NCBI GenBank assembly: GCA_965247425.1
Contig: OZ252023.1
Coordinates: forward strand, 348,891-412,890
DNA length: 64,000 nucleotides
DNA from: Terriglobia bacterium
Lineage (GTDB): Bacteria; Acidobacteriota; Terriglobia; 20CM-2-55-15
Direction: 5' to 3'
The notes under the pieces are model-generated. The model was not told the origin of the DNA. It did no database searches and was given only the letters and a program-made list of their open reading frames with translations. Made by a program: the position numbers and the translations under genes. Below are positions 1 to 9,892 of the stretch, one piece after another (position 1 is the first letter of the stretch; the number at the start of each line of letters is the position of its first letter).

Positions 1-1134
1 GGTTGGTTTCAGGAATACTGGCTCCTTCGGGAACTTGGGGGCGCGAAGCCGATCATTGAAGGCGCCGACGGTATCTACGACGCGTTCAACGTGTCCTACA
101 AGCTTCGCCGCGTCCACGATTTTCCGACGCGGGATGAGACCCTGGAATACCTCCAGACCGTGCTGGAACGTTCTGTCAATCGACTGGATTCCCGTCGGTT
201 GGACCTGAGGGAGAGGTACTTCTACTGGCTGGCGGCCCAGCACGAATACATGCATTCGGAAAACCTCTGCATGGTGCGGCAGACGCTCGGGTACGCCAGA
301 CCGAAGTTCGAAGAGAGAGAAGTGGTCACCGACCCGAACTTCGAGCCCAAGGATGTCGATATCTCCGGTGGAATATGTTCCATCGGTGCCCCGAACAATG
401 ACGCATTCGTCTTCGACAACGAGATGTGGGCGCATCAGGTGAGGATCGAGCCGTTCCGTATCGCCAACGCTCCGGTTACGAACCGGCAGTTCGTCGAGTT
501 CATCGAGGACGGAGGATACGCCACCCGGCGGTTCTGGCGCAAACACGGTTGGGAGTGGAGACGTCGGGAGGGTGCGACGCATCCGCTGTTCTGGCGAAAG
601 TCCGACGATGGATGGGTGCAGAAGATTTTTGACGAGGAGTTGCCCCTGGAGCCGATCCACCCAGTAGTTCACATCAACTGGTATGAGGCCCGGGCGTATT
701 GCGTATGGGCCGGCCGCAGGCTCCCGACGGAAGCCGAATGGGAACTGGCGGCTTCCGGGCCCGACGGTCGGCCCTTTCCGTGGGGCGAGGAGTTGCCGAG
801 TCCCGATCGAGCCAACCTGGACTGGAGCCATCTGGGAGTCGTCGACGTGGGTGCCTATCCGGAAGGCGACAGCGTGTTCGGTTGCCGTCAGATGATCGGC
901 AACATCTGGGAATGGACCTCCAGCTATCTGGAGCCCTACCCGGGTTTCAGGCCGGGTGCCTACAAGGAATACTCTCAGCCGTATTTCGGTAAGAAGCCGG
1001 TCTTGCGGGGTGGCGGCTTCGCTTCGCGTTCGAAGATGGTTCGCAATACCTGGCGCAATTTCTTCATGCGGCATCGCCGGAACATCGTTGCCGGATTCCG
1101 GACCTGTGCCCTTGATGAGTCAGCGCGTCCGTGA
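1..1134 (+). CDS. EgtB/SUMF1-family sulfoxide-synthase-like protein (DinB-like end + FGE-sulfatase domain), 5' end outside window
   Basis: Frame 1 is open from base 1 (GWFQEYWLLREL...) into tracked ORF 91..1134. FGE-sulfatase hallmarks: HINWYEARAYCVWAGRRLPTEAEWE, NIWEWTSS, GGGFASR...AGFRTC. The preceding YWLAAQHEYMHSENL resembles the end of a DinB-type bundle as in EgtB. Confidence 0.7.
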   Translation, partial: GWFQEYWLLRELGGAKPIIEGADGIYDAFNVSYKLRRVHDFPTRDETLEYLQTVLERSVNRLDSRRLDLRERYFYWLAAQHEYMHSENLCMVRQTLGYARPKFEEREVVTDPNFEPKDVDISGGICSIGAPNNDAFVFDNEMWAHQVRIEPFRIANAPVTNRQFVEFIEDGGYATRRFWRKHGWEWRRREGATHPLFWRKSDDGWVQKIFDEELPLEPIHPVVHINWYEARAYCVWAGRRLPTEAEWELAASGPDGRPFPWGEELPSPDRANLDWSHLGVVDVGAYPEGDSVFGCRQMIGNIWEWTSSYLEPYPGFRPGAYKEYSQPYFGKKPVLRGGGFASRSKMVRNTWRNFFMRHRRNIVAGFRTCALDESARP

Positions 1135-1198
1135 GGTCGTTCACCCGCCTCAAAGATAGACCCGTTCACGTATAATGCAAATCCCGGGTTGAGGAAGC

Positions 1199-2038
1199 GT
1201 GCGCGTGACAGAAAACCAGAGAACACAGGTTCCTTCGTTCATATATGGAACCGCATGGAAGAAGGACGCAACCGCCCACCTGGTCCGAACTGCCGTCAAC
1301 GCCGGATTCCGGGCCATCGACACGGCCAACCAGCCCAGGCACTATCAAGAGCCGCTTGTGGGCGAGGCGCTCGAAGCGCTGGCGGCCGATGGCACTGCGC
1401 GCGATTCGCTGTTCGTGCAGACGAAATTCACACCGCTCAACGGCCACGACCACCGGGTACCTTACGATTCGCATGCGGATCTCAAAACCCAGGTACGCCA
1501 GTCCTTCGAGTCCTCACTGCGAAATCTGAGAACCGACCGTGTGGATTCCTACCTTCTGCACGGACCGTACTCGGCTCCCGGTTTAGGACATGCCGACTGG
1601 GAAGTCTGGGGCGCCATCGAAGAGATTCACGGTTCCGGTCGAGCCGGAATGATCGGTGTCAGTAACTTCAACGCCGGACAGCTCGCAACATTGATTGAGA
1701 ACGCCGATGTCAAACCCATGGTTGTGCAGAACCGTTGCTTTGCGGAGCGGGGTTGGGATCGGCAGGTCCGGGAGATCTGCCGTGCGAACGGAATCATGTA
1801 CCAGGGGTTTTCGCTCCTGACGGCGAATCCTTTTCTTTTGAACCATCCTCGCGTGGTCTCCATCGCCGACCGCCTGGAAGTCCATCCGGAGCAGGTGATC
1901 TTTCGCTTTTCCTTCCAGGCAGGGATGGTGCCGTTGACCGGTACCACCAGTCATCCGCACATGACAGAGGACCTCGACGTCTTCTCAATTGAGTTGACCC
2001 CGGACGAGGTCCAATTCATGGACTCCATCGCCGGTTGA
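1199..2038 (+). CDS. aldo/keto reductase family oxidoreductase
   Basis: 279-aa ORF with AKR-like motifs: YGTAWKK, GFRAIDTANQPRHYQEPLVGEAL, VDSYLLHGP. Confidence 0.85.
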   Translation: MRVTENQRTQVPSFIYGTAWKKDATAHLVRTAVNAGFRAIDTANQPRHYQEPLVGEALEALAADGTARDSLFVQTKFTPLNGHDHRVPYDSHADLKTQVRQSFESSLRNLRTDRVDSYLLHGPYSAPGLGHADWEVWGAIEEIHGSGRAGMIGVSNFNAGQLATLIENADVKPMVVQNRCFAERGWDRQVREICRANGIMYQGFSLLTANPFLLNHPRVVSIADRLEVHPEQVIFRFSFQAGMVPLTGTTSHPHMTEDLDVFSIELTPDEVQFMDSIAG

Positions 2039-2074
2039 TCCTAAGGGCCCGATCAAGAATAACTTGACGTCTCA

Positions 2075-2217
2075 CGCCATCTTCGCGGGACCTTCGCGCC
2101 ATCTTCGCGGGACCTTCGCGCCATCTTCGCGGGACCTTCGCGCCATCTTCGCGGGACCTTCGCGCCATCTTCGCGGGACCTTCGCGCCATCTTCGCGGGA
2201 CCTTCGCGCCATCTTCG
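2075..2217. repeat. perfect 22-bp tandem repeat, 6 full units + 11-bp partial (cgccatcttcgcgggaccttcg)
   Basis: Counted directly: units start at 2075, 2097, 2119, 2141, 2163 and 2185, with a partial unit at 2207-2217. All units are identical. Confidence 0.95.
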
Positions 2218-2256
2218 TCCGCTCCTCAATCGCAGATCCTCGAAATAGCAGGGCGA

Positions 2257-2538
2257 GCAGCCTGTGGCAGAAGTCTGTAGGGTCGCGTTACGAGCGCCAT
2301 GGGGCTAGTTGCAAGGCGACCACGACGACGTCGATGTGCCCATCGAAGACGTCGATGCTCTCCATCCGACGTCGCGCCGCAGGTGGCCCCATGCCGTCGT
2401 AACCCGTAGGGCGCAGGGGTCTTCGGGCCTCAGGCTTTGTCGATCGTCGGTCATGATGACAAAGCATCGTTCCTTACGTCTGCGCCTGAGACCCGAATAC
2501 CCCTGCGCGCGACCCTACAGACTTCCGCCACAGGCTGC
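2257..2538. repeat. nested palindromic element inserted in MITE-A copy 1 (31-bp inverted termini, 1 mismatch)
   Basis: 2257-2287 (gcagcctgtggcagaagtctgtagggtcgcg) is the reverse complement of 2508-2538 (cgcgaccctacagacttccgccacaggctgc) apart from one base. A second inner inverted pair sits at about 2406-2435 / 2482-2518. This segment is absent from the short MITE copy at 30892-31069. Confidence 0.6.
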
Positions 2539-2668
2539 TGGTCCTCCGGTCTGCTCAATCGGTCGCGACTGAATCTGACGTAAATCTGGGCGCCAATTCT
2601 GCGAACCTATTCTTGAGCGGACCCTAGGTGTTAGAATCGGCCACACGAAACTATCCAAGGGGTGCGGC

Positions 2669-4783
2669 ATGAAGAACGGGTTGTCTCGGGTTTTGGCAAC
2701 GGTAGCAGCGGGTATGCTGACGATGGCGCTGACGACCGCTTGCGGGCGGCAGCAGAGTGCTGCGGTCGACCTGGACTCCGACGACATCGGCGGCGTTGTA
2801 ACGAGCGAGAATGGGCCGGAAGCCGGTGTCTGGGTCATCGCTGAAACGAGCGACTTCGCAAGCAGGTTTGCCAGGATCGTCGTAACGGACGAACAGGGTC
2901 GCTACGTGGTCCCGGACCTGCCTGAGGCTACTTTCAGTGTCTGGGTTCGCGGCTATGGGCTTGCCGACTCGGCAAAGATTGAAGCCTCCCCGGGCGAAAC
3001 AGTCGATCTCACCGCCCTCGTCGCGCCGGACCCCGTGACGGCGGCCCAGGTCTATCCCGCCGCCCATTGGTATTCCATGATGGGCTTGCCCACCGAGAGC
3101 GAACTCGGGGACATCCCGGGTGGCATGAACGAGTACCTGACCTGGATGAAGAACATGGGCTGCATCGGGTGTCATCAACTTGGGCAACTGTCGACCCGGA
3201 CGATTCCCGAAGAACTGGGTGAGTTCACATCCTCCCAGGAGGCATGGGTCCGTCGAGTTCAGTCCGGGCAGGCGGGCGGGCAAATGTTCCGGCAGGTTAC
3301 CGGAACGCTGCAGGGATTGCCTTTCAAGTATCTGTCGGACTGGACCGATCGCGTGGCAGCGGGCGAAGTCCCGTCAACCCAACCCGCGCGTCCCACCGGC
3401 GTCGAGCGCAATGTCGTTGCCACCGTGCGGGACTGGGCGACCTCGTCTGTTTACATGCACGACCTGACCTCGACCGATCGGCGCAACCCCACGGTCAATA
3501 GCCACGGGCCGGTTTATGGAGCTCCAGAGCTCAGCACGGACGACTTTCCAATCCTCGATCCCGTCGCCAACGTGGCCACCAGTTTCAGGGCGACGGTGCT
3601 CGACCCGGAAACGCCATCAACGCGCAGCGAGCCGACAGCGGCATCGCCATATTGGGGCGACGAGCCCATCTGGGACAGCCAGGCAAACGCGCACAATCCT
3701 ATGATCGATCAAAAAGGTCGGGTCTGGTATACCGCAAGGATTCGTCCTTCTGAGAATCCGGACTTTTGCCTGGAGGGGTCCGACCATCCGTCCGCGCGAA
3801 TGTTCCCCAACACTCGAGCCGGCCGGCAGCTTGCCTACTACGAACCCGGGACAGGGGAGTACACGACCGTCGATACCTGCTTCGGCACCCACCACCTGCA
3901 GTTTGCCGAAGATGAGAACGACACGTTGTGGACGAGCGGCGGCGGGCAGGTTGTCGGTTGGTTGAACACGAAGATGTATGACGAAACCCGAGACGCGGCG
4001 GCCTCACAGGGATGGACTCCATTGATACTGGACACGAACGGCAACGGTCGGCGTGACGATTACGTTGAACCGAATCAACCGGTGGATCCGGCGCGCGACA
4101 AGCGCATCAATGCGGGGTTCTACGCAGTGATGCCGAACCCGGCCGACGGCTCGGTCTGGGGATCGGTCAGCTTTCGCTATCCTGGCTCAATCGTCCGATT
4201 GGATCCGGGATCCAACCCTTCGGAGACGGCCCTGGCAGAGATATACAACGTTCCGCTTCCGGGTTTCGGAGTGCGAGGCGCGGACATCGACCGCAACGGT
4301 GTCGTCTGGGTATCGTTGGGGAGTGGTCACCTGGGCGAGTTCGACCGCAGCCAGTGCTTGGGTCCTCTGAACGGTCCCGACGCCACAGGGGATCACTGTC
4401 CGGAGGGCTGGACCTTCCACCCGTTGCCCGGGCCCGGCTTCGACGATCTGCCGGGGTTCAGCGTGGAGTCGAGCTACTACACCTGGGTCGATCAGCACAA
4501 CACGTCGGGCCTGGGCGCCAACGTCCCGATTGCAACGGGCAATCTCTTCGACGGTGTGCACGCCCTGGTGGACGGAGAGTTCGTCACCCTTCGCATCCCT
4601 TATCCCCTCGGCTTTTACAGCAAAGGCTTCGACGGCCGCATCGACGACCCGGATGCCGGCTGGAAGGGCAGGGGGCTGTGGGTATCGGAAGGCGACCGCA
4701 CGCCCTGGCTCATGGAAGGCGGCAAAGGGAACAAGCCCCTGGTGGTGCACTTTCAGGTGCGTCCGGATCCGCTGGCAAAATAG
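2669..4783 (+). CDS. secreted/lipoprotein-like protein with carboxypeptidase-regulatory-like domain and one CxxCH heme-c motif
   Basis: N-terminal signal with lipobox-like LTTAC. Beta-sandwich-like segment GVVTSENGPEAGVWVIAETSD...VTDEQGRYVVPDLPEATFSVWVRGYG. CxxCH motif within NMGCIGCHQLG. Confidence 0.7.
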   Translation: MKNGLSRVLATVAAGMLTMALTTACGRQQSAAVDLDSDDIGGVVTSENGPEAGVWVIAETSDFASRFARIVVTDEQGRYVVPDLPEATFSVWVRGYGLADSAKIEASPGETVDLTALVAPDPVTAAQVYPAAHWYSMMGLPTESELGDIPGGMNEYLTWMKNMGCIGCHQLGQLSTRTIPEELGEFTSSQEAWVRRVQSGQAGGQMFRQVTGTLQGLPFKYLSDWTDRVAAGEVPSTQPARPTGVERNVVATVRDWATSSVYMHDLTSTDRRNPTVNSHGPVYGAPELSTDDFPILDPVANVATSFRATVLDPETPSTRSEPTAASPYWGDEPIWDSQANAHNPMIDQKGRVWYTARIRPSENPDFCLEGSDHPSARMFPNTRAGRQLAYYEPGTGEYTTVDTCFGTHHLQFAEDENDTLWTSGGGQVVGWLNTKMYDETRDAAASQGWTPLILDTNGNGRRDDYVEPNQPVDPARDKRINAGFYAVMPNPADGSVWGSVSFRYPGSIVRLDPGSNPSETALAEIYNVPLPGFGVRGADIDRNGVVWVSLGSGHLGEFDRSQCLGPLNGPDATGDHCPEGWTFHPLPGPGFDDLPGFSVESSYYTWVDQHNTSGLGANVPIATGNLFDGVHALVDGEFVTLRIPYPLGFYSKGFDGRIDDPDAGWKGRGLWVSEGDRTPWLMEGGKGNKPLVVHFQVRPDPLAK

Positions 4784-4861
4784 TTGAAGCAGAATGCGGC
4801 ATCCCGACGAGATTGTGCGAGATCGGGTTGCCGCTCAACCGGACACGATAGGAGAAGAACG

Positions 4862-5740
4862 ATGAAGACTCGGACCTTTTCTCTGTTGATCCCGATCCTG
4901 GCGCTTTCGCTCGGGCTGTCGAAACCACTTCACGCTCAGGAGGCGACCGAGTACGGGCCTCCGAGCGGCACCCTCGTCATCGCCGGCGGCGGTTCCATGA
5001 ACGGAACCGGAATCATCGAGCGATTCATAGAGCTTGGAGGTGGCGCCGAGGCAGGCCGGTTCATCATCGTGCCGACCGCCGGAGGAAACTACGATCGAGC
5101 CGGCGAGCTCCGGGTCTACGAAGCGGATCGTGTCCTAGGTTCCTGGCGAGAACGTGGGCTGAAGAATGTCTCGATGCTCCAGACGCACGATCCCAAAATC
5201 GCCAACACCGAGGAGTTCATCTCCGAGCTCAGGCAGGCGACCGCGGTATGGTTCAACGGCGGCCGCCAGTGGAACATCGTCGATTCGTACGCTGGGACCC
5301 GCACCTACGACGAGTTCCACAAGTTACTCGAGCGCGGTGGTGTCATCGGAGGGAGTTCGGCCGGTGCCACGATCCAGGGAAGATACCTCGTCCGGGGCGA
5401 TACCGAGGGCTCGCGGATCGTCATGACCGAAGAGAAGAACCATCAGCTCGGCTTCGAGTTTCTCCGCAAGTCGGCGATCGACCAGCACATCAACACGAGA
5501 AACCGTTGGGACGACATCATTCCGCTCATCGAGCAGCAGCCGAATCTACTGGGAATCGGTCTATCCGAGGGCACGGCGATCATCGTCACCGGCGACACCT
5601 TCGAAGTCATGGGCAAGTGGATGCTTGCCGTGCACGACAACACCCGCGCGTACCAGCCGTGGGAGAAGCCGTACTTCGTCTTGTCACCCGGAGACATCTA
5701 CGACATGAAGGCCCGCCGGGTCGTGGCGCCCGAGCGCTAG
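4862..5740 (+). CDS. peptidase S51 / cyanophycinase-like (class I glutamine-amidotransferase-like fold), secreted
   Basis: Start chosen at MKTRTFSLLIPILALSLGLSKPLHAQE (signal peptide, GGAGA RBS upstream). GGSSAGATIQG nucleophile-elbow motif. The tracked ORF begins further upstream at 4784. Confidence 0.7.
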   Translation: MKTRTFSLLIPILALSLGLSKPLHAQEATEYGPPSGTLVIAGGGSMNGTGIIERFIELGGGAEAGRFIIVPTAGGNYDRAGELRVYEADRVLGSWRERGLKNVSMLQTHDPKIANTEEFISELRQATAVWFNGGRQWNIVDSYAGTRTYDEFHKLLERGGVIGGSSAGATIQGRYLVRGDTEGSRIVMTEEKNHQLGFEFLRKSAIDQHINTRNRWDDIIPLIEQQPNLLGIGLSEGTAIIVTGDTFEVMGKWMLAVHDNTRAYQPWEKPYFVLSPGDIYDMKARRVVAPER

Positions 5741-6039
5741 GGGTGGGTTTGTCCACCCGGTCTGGCCCACTTTTGATCGTCTGATTTGGCCCACCCCCTC
5801 CTGTTAATAATTCCGAGTAGTGATAATTACCGTCGGGCCTGTGTTGTAGATGTGGGAAAGCCGAGCGCCCTTGGCGAGGCTTTTCCAAGCGCTGTGGGAA
5901 TCCTGGTTTTTAGGATTTCCACAGCGCGTCATCTTCCACAGGCCTCCGTTTCTTTCTTTTTGGTTCTTTTTCTTTCTTTCGGGAAAAAACTCCGTTTCCA
6001 GGATCGCCCAGGATCGACGACCGCGCGGCGATCCGACCC

Positions 6040-6852
6040 TCAGGACGTGGTTTGTTTCGCGGGTTTCTCCTTTCCAGGCGGATGCCGTGGTTTCTGTCGT
6101 TTCTCCAACGTGCGCCGAAACCGGAAGGATTCGGTTCCGGTCTCGATGATGTGAGCGCGATCGGTTATCCGGTCCAGCAACGCCTTGCACAGCCGAACAT
6201 TGGGAAACACCTGGGTCCATTCCGAGAACGGCAGATTCGTTGTCAAGATCACCGTCGCCCGCTCGGCTCGATCCGAGATGACTTGAAAGAGGAGTTCGGC
6301 GCCGAGGTCTGCCATCGGGACATAGCCGACTTCGTCGATGGCAATCAACTCGTATCGGAACCATCGGGCCAGAACCCGGCGGAACTGGTCGTTGTGGTGG
6401 GCCTCGACCAACTCGTTGATCAAGCCGGCGGCCGTCGTAAAGCGAACCCGCTTCTTCTGCCGACAAGCGGCCACGCACAGTCCTGTGGCCAGGTGCGTCT
6501 TGCCCGTTCCACACTCCCCGATCAGGACGACAGGTTCGGCGTGTTCTAAATAGCCACCGTCTGCGAGTCCACGGATCCGGTTGGCTGGAACCTTCGACCG
6601 CGAGAAGTCAAAGTCCTCGAGTGTCTTCATTCGAGGGAAACGTGCGGCTTGAATCCGCCGGGCCACGGTGTTCCGTTCGCGTTCTTCAACTTCCATCGCC
6701 AGCAAGGCTTCCAGATACCGTGTGTAGGTGTGCTCTTCCCGCTGGGCCTGCTCGGCCATGGCCGCAAACTGCGTTCCGATCGTGGGCGTCCGGAGAGCTT
6801 TACAGTACTGCTGAATCGCCGCCTGTTCGACCCCGCCGGCTGTGGCGGACAC
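6040..6852 (-). CDS. istB: IS21-family helper ATPase IstB
   Basis: Walker [15 protein letters not shown], then DEVGY and a typical IstB N-terminus. Start overlaps the istA stop. Confidence 0.9.
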   Translation of the reverse strand: MSATAGGVEQAAIQQYCKALRTPTIGTQFAAMAEQAQREEHTYTRYLEALLAMEVEERERNTVARRIQAARFPRMKTLEDFDFSRSKVPANRIRGLADGGYLEHAEPVVLIGECGTGKTHLATGLCVAACRQKKRVRFTTAAGLINELVEAHHNDQFRRVLARWFRYELIAIDEVGYVPMADLGAELLFQVISDRAERATVILTTNLPFSEWTQVFPNVRLCKALLDRITDRAHIIETGTESFRFRRTLEKRQKPRHPPGKEKPAKQTTS

Positions 6853-8384
6853 TAGACCACCTCCGCAGTGAGCAGTGCATCGTAAGTATTCACCTCCGGC
6901 AGGGGCCGCTCATAAGCGCGTAGTGCGGCCACTTCCAGTCGCGGCGCCGCCGGCCGGTCGAATCGGGCCTCGGTCATCAGGTAGCGCGCCGCGGCGGCAT
7001 CGGAGCATCCCAGGCGCAGGGCTTGTTGGAATGCGGAATCCAGCTCGCTATAGCCATGTTCCCGGCCCAGTAGGAGCAACTCCACCATTGCGCGGGTCCC
7101 ATTCTGTTTTCCGTTGCGATCGATCAACGTCTGCCAGAACTCGTCATAGCTTTTCGGCCATCGGCCCTGTTGCCGCCATTGCTCCAGAGGCTTGCTCCCG
7201 GCCAGCGCGCCCGGCTTCCGCTCCAACACCTCCAGATAATGTTCCAGATTGAAGAAGTGCTGGCCGTTTCCATATCCTCGCTCATGCCGCGCCACGCATC
7301 CGCCATCGTGCCAGACCTCCACGTAGGCCGGAAAAACGCTCGCCCGCACCACAGTCCCGGCCTTGACGGGGGCGGAGTAGAAGTTGTTACGCACCCGTAC
7401 ACATCCCTTACCATCGACTCGTGGAAAGCTGTCCTCGGCCAGAGGGAACCCTTCGGTCGATAACGCGAGCAGATGGGGCTGTTCGATCTGCATCCCTTCA
7501 CCCACCGTCTGGACCCGATCGCCGATCTTGCGCCGTTCATCGGCACGGCAACCGGCCAGCAGCTGCGCATTCAGATCCGCCAGGTCCTTCGCCTTCGGCA
7601 CCGGTACCAGGTGATTGCGCCGGAAGTATCCGGCTTCGCCTTCCACACCGCCTTTCTCGTGGCCCTCGCCGGGTGTGCAGAACTCGGCTTGAAACTTCCA
7701 ATGCGACCGAAACGCGATGAACCGTTCGGTCTCTACACGCCGGTATCCCCGCAGAATCTTCTTCACCGCGCTGGTCAGGTTGTCATAACGCAGCACCCCG
7801 AAGACCCCCGCAAAATAGCGGAAACCCAACTCATGAGCCTCCAGGAATGCCTGTTGTGTCGCCCGAGGATAAGCTCGATGGAATGCGCCACCACTGCCCA
7901 TGCTCCGCATACAGAAAACCTGGAGCTTCTGCCGTTCGCCATCCAACTCCGCGACGGCTTCGTACCAGTCGATCTGTGCTTCCTGACCCCAGGCGTAGCT
8001 TTGCGGCACGAACGTCTCCTGTCGGATGAAACCCATCTCCCGCTTCCGCCGCCCGACATACCGGCGAACCGTCGATTCCCCAATCGGATGTTTCGGAAAT
8101 TCCATCCGGATCCGTTCGTAGATCCGGTGACTGGTGTGCCGCTGCTTCCGCGGGGCCTGCCTGTCCGCCTCCAACACCCCGTTGATAAATTCCATAACCG
8201 GCTCCAGCCTCGGCCTCTTCCGCTCCGGGCTCTTCCTCGCCGGCGGCACGGCGTTTCCCAGCGCTTGACGCACCATCCGCCGATGCACCCCCAGCCGCCG
8301 GGCCACACCCTGGATCGTTCCCACACCAAACTCGTGCTCTCGCCGAATCTCTTCAAATAATTCCACCTTCGATCTCCTTGACAC
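6852..8384 (-). CDS. istA: IS21-family transposase IstA
   Basis: 510 aa with an N-terminal HTH and a DDE core (QIDWYE..., [18 protein letters not shown]). Confidence 0.9.
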   Translation of the reverse strand: MSRRSKVELFEEIRREHEFGVGTIQGVARRLGVHRRMVRQALGNAVPPARKSPERKRPRLEPVMEFINGVLEADRQAPRKQRHTSHRIYERIRMEFPKHPIGESTVRRYVGRRKREMGFIRQETFVPQSYAWGQEAQIDWYEAVAELDGERQKLQVFCMRSMGSGGAFHRAYPRATQQAFLEAHELGFRYFAGVFGVLRYDNLTSAVKKILRGYRRVETERFIAFRSHWKFQAEFCTPGEGHEKGGVEGEAGYFRRNHLVPVPKAKDLADLNAQLLAGCRADERRKIGDRVQTVGEGMQIEQPHLLALSTEGFPLAEDSFPRVDGKGCVRVRNNFYSAPVKAGTVVRASVFPAYVEVWHDGGCVARHERGYGNGQHFFNLEHYLEVLERKPGALAGSKPLEQWRQQGRWPKSYDEFWQTLIDRNGKQNGTRAMVELLLLGREHGYSELDSAFQQALRLGCSDAAAARYLMTEARFDRPAAPRLEVAALRAYERPLPEVNTYDALLTAEVV

Positions 8385-8515
8385 CGGGTCCCTCCATTCC
8401 GACTCTTTGTTCGGAACAGCCTCTCCGGTTCAGTCGTCAGGGGTGGGCCAAATCAAACGATCAAAAGTGGGCCAATTTAGAGTAGCGAAATCAAGGGGTC
8501 CCTGCCAGATGGCCA

Positions 8516-8800
8516 TTACTCCGACCGGAGCGCCCGCATCGGATCCACCCCTGCGGCACGGCGGGGCGGTAAATAGCTAGCGGTGAGTGCCACCGCAGTC
8601 AGGGCCGTGCCCACAGCCCCGAACGTCACTGGGTCTGTTGGGCTCACCCCGAAGAGGAGGCCGGCCATGACGCGCGTGAGGCCCAGGGAGAGGCCGAGGC
8701 CGATGGTCACACCCAGCAGGGACAGCAACAGACCCTGGCGCAGGATCATCCCTTTCCCGTCGCCGGTTTGTGCACCCAAGGCCATCCGTATCCCAAGCTC
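8516..8800 (-). pseudogene. C-terminal fragment of an ADOP/FtsX-type permease
   Basis: ELGIRMALGA...LLFGVSPTDPVTF...ASYLPPRRAAGVDPMRALRSE matches the last ~95 aa of the full-length paralogs in this window. No N-terminal part is present. Confidence 0.7.
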
Positions 8801-8995
8801 ACTCCATGTGACTCCCGCTGTCTTGCGGAAGGTACGGTCCCCCAACGAATGTGGTGCTCCAAGTCACTTCGATCGTCGCATGGCCACTCCCGACAACGGC
8901 GTTTGAACGAAGCCGCTGTCGCGGCGGACGCTACGCGTGGGCTGAGCGAACGGTGCTAAGCAAACTGTAGAGTGTGGGCTTCAAAGGAGGCCTAC

Positions 8996-9892
8996 ATGAC
9001 GGACCTGCGTAAACGGATGCTGGAGGAACTCCAGCGTCGTAATTTCTCTCCGATCACCATCCGAAGTTACCTGCGAGTCGTTGAAGACTTCGCGGGCTAT
9101 TTTGGCACGCGCCCCGATCGTCTCAGTCAGGAAGACCTGCGGCAGTATCACCTACATCTGATCCGGGAGCGAAAGCTCGCGGCCAAGACTGTCGGCTTGT
9201 ACATTGCCGCCTTGCGGTTCTTTTTTGTAAAGACGCTGCGGCGTCCATACCTGAAGCTGGATCTCCCATATCCCAGAACCCCGAAACGATTGCCGACGGT
9301 TTTGAGCCAGGACGAGGTCGCACGACTGATCGACTCGGCAAAGAATTTGCTGGATTACGCGATGCTCATGACCTTGTACGCCACCGGGATGCGCCGAGCC
9401 GAGTTGATCCGGTTGAAGGCCGAGGATGTTGATAGCGAGCGCATGATCATCCACATCCGTCAGGGCAAGGGTCATCGTGATCGCGACGTGCCATTGACAC
9501 CAAAGCTCTTGCAGACGCTACGAGAATACTGGTGTTGGATGAAGCCCAAGACCTATTTGTTTCCGGGCATGGTGAACAACTGGCGCGCCGACAAACCCCT
9601 CACCCCCAAGTGCGTGTGGTCCGCCGTACACGATGCGGCGAAACGTGCCGGAATCAAGAAACGCGTATCCCCGCACACGCTGCGTCACAGCTGGGCCACT
9701 CACCTACTTGAAAATGGCACCGATCTCCGCACCATTCAGATGTTAATGGGTCACGCGGACCTGCGAGCCACCAGCGTCTATCTGCACCTGTCTCGACGTC
9801 ACCTGCAGGCGGTCACCAATCCGGTGGAGACCATGGCGGTTTCCAGCCTCGATGCGGTGAAGCGGTCCAAAAGAAGGAAGCAGAAACAATGA
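8996..9892 (+). CDS. tyrosine recombinase / phage-integrase-family protein (associated with IS91-type transposase)
   Basis: AGGAGG RBS 6 nt before the ATG at 8996. C-terminal catalytic region HTLRHSWATHLLENGTDLRTIQMLMGHADLRATSVYLH. Its stop overlaps the downstream transposase start (ATGA at 9889-9892). Confidence 0.85.
   Translation: MTDLRKRMLEELQRRNFSPITIRSYLRVVEDFAGYFGTRPDRLSQEDLRQYHLHLIRERKLAAKTVGLYIAALRFFFVKTLRRPYLKLDLPYPRTPKRLPTVLSQDEVARLIDSAKNLLDYAMLMTLYATGMRRAELIRLKAEDVDSERMIIHIRQGKGHRDRDVPLTPKLLQTLREYWCWMKPKTYLFPGMVNNWRADKPLTPKCVWSAVHDAAKRAGIKKRVSPHTLRHSWATHLLENGTDLRTIQMLMGHADLRATSVYLHLSRRHLQAVTNPVETMAVSSLDAVKRSKRRKQKQ

Larger units (their letters stand above)
2045..2624. mobile_element. 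MITE-like element, family A, expanded copy (TA-flanked, ~25-bp terminal inverted repeats)
   Basis: Left end GGGCCCGATCAAGAATAACTTGAC and right end GCGAACCTATTCTTGAGCGGACCC are inverted copies of each other. They match the termini of the 178-bp copy at 30892-31069. Flanked by TA (taa / tag). No credible ORF inside. Confidence 0.7.
5763..8474 (-). mobile_element. IS21-family insertion sequence (istA-istB), 2712 bp
   Basis: 35-bp terminal inverted repeats with 1 mismatch: TGGCCCACTTTTGATCGTCTGATTTGGCCCACCCC at 5763-5797 versus the reverse complement of 8440-8474. TG...CA termini and the internal TGGCCCA sub-repeat are typical of IS21 ends. Carries istA and istB. Confidence 0.9.

Noticed and set aside
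2075-2217. Possible CRISPR array
   Set aside because: The repeats are directly abutting with no spacers, the unit is 22 bp, and no cas genes are present. This is a minisatellite.
2064-2402. 112-aa ORF running through the 22-bp tandem repeat
   Set aside because: The periodic translation is produced by a non-triplet repeat inside a MITE. There is no start context or domain.
5804-6514. ORFs in the T-rich tail and antisense of istB inside IS21
   Set aside because: They lie within a well-defined IS21 whose two genes occupy the opposite frame, and no additional passenger gene is supported.
8966-8973. 8-mer TGTAGAGT recurring at 8966, 11460 and 40470 in promoter-proximal positions
   Set aside because: About one or two occurrences per strand are expected by chance in 64 kb, and I could not exhaustively count other occurrences. 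It is kept only as part of the individual promoter calls.
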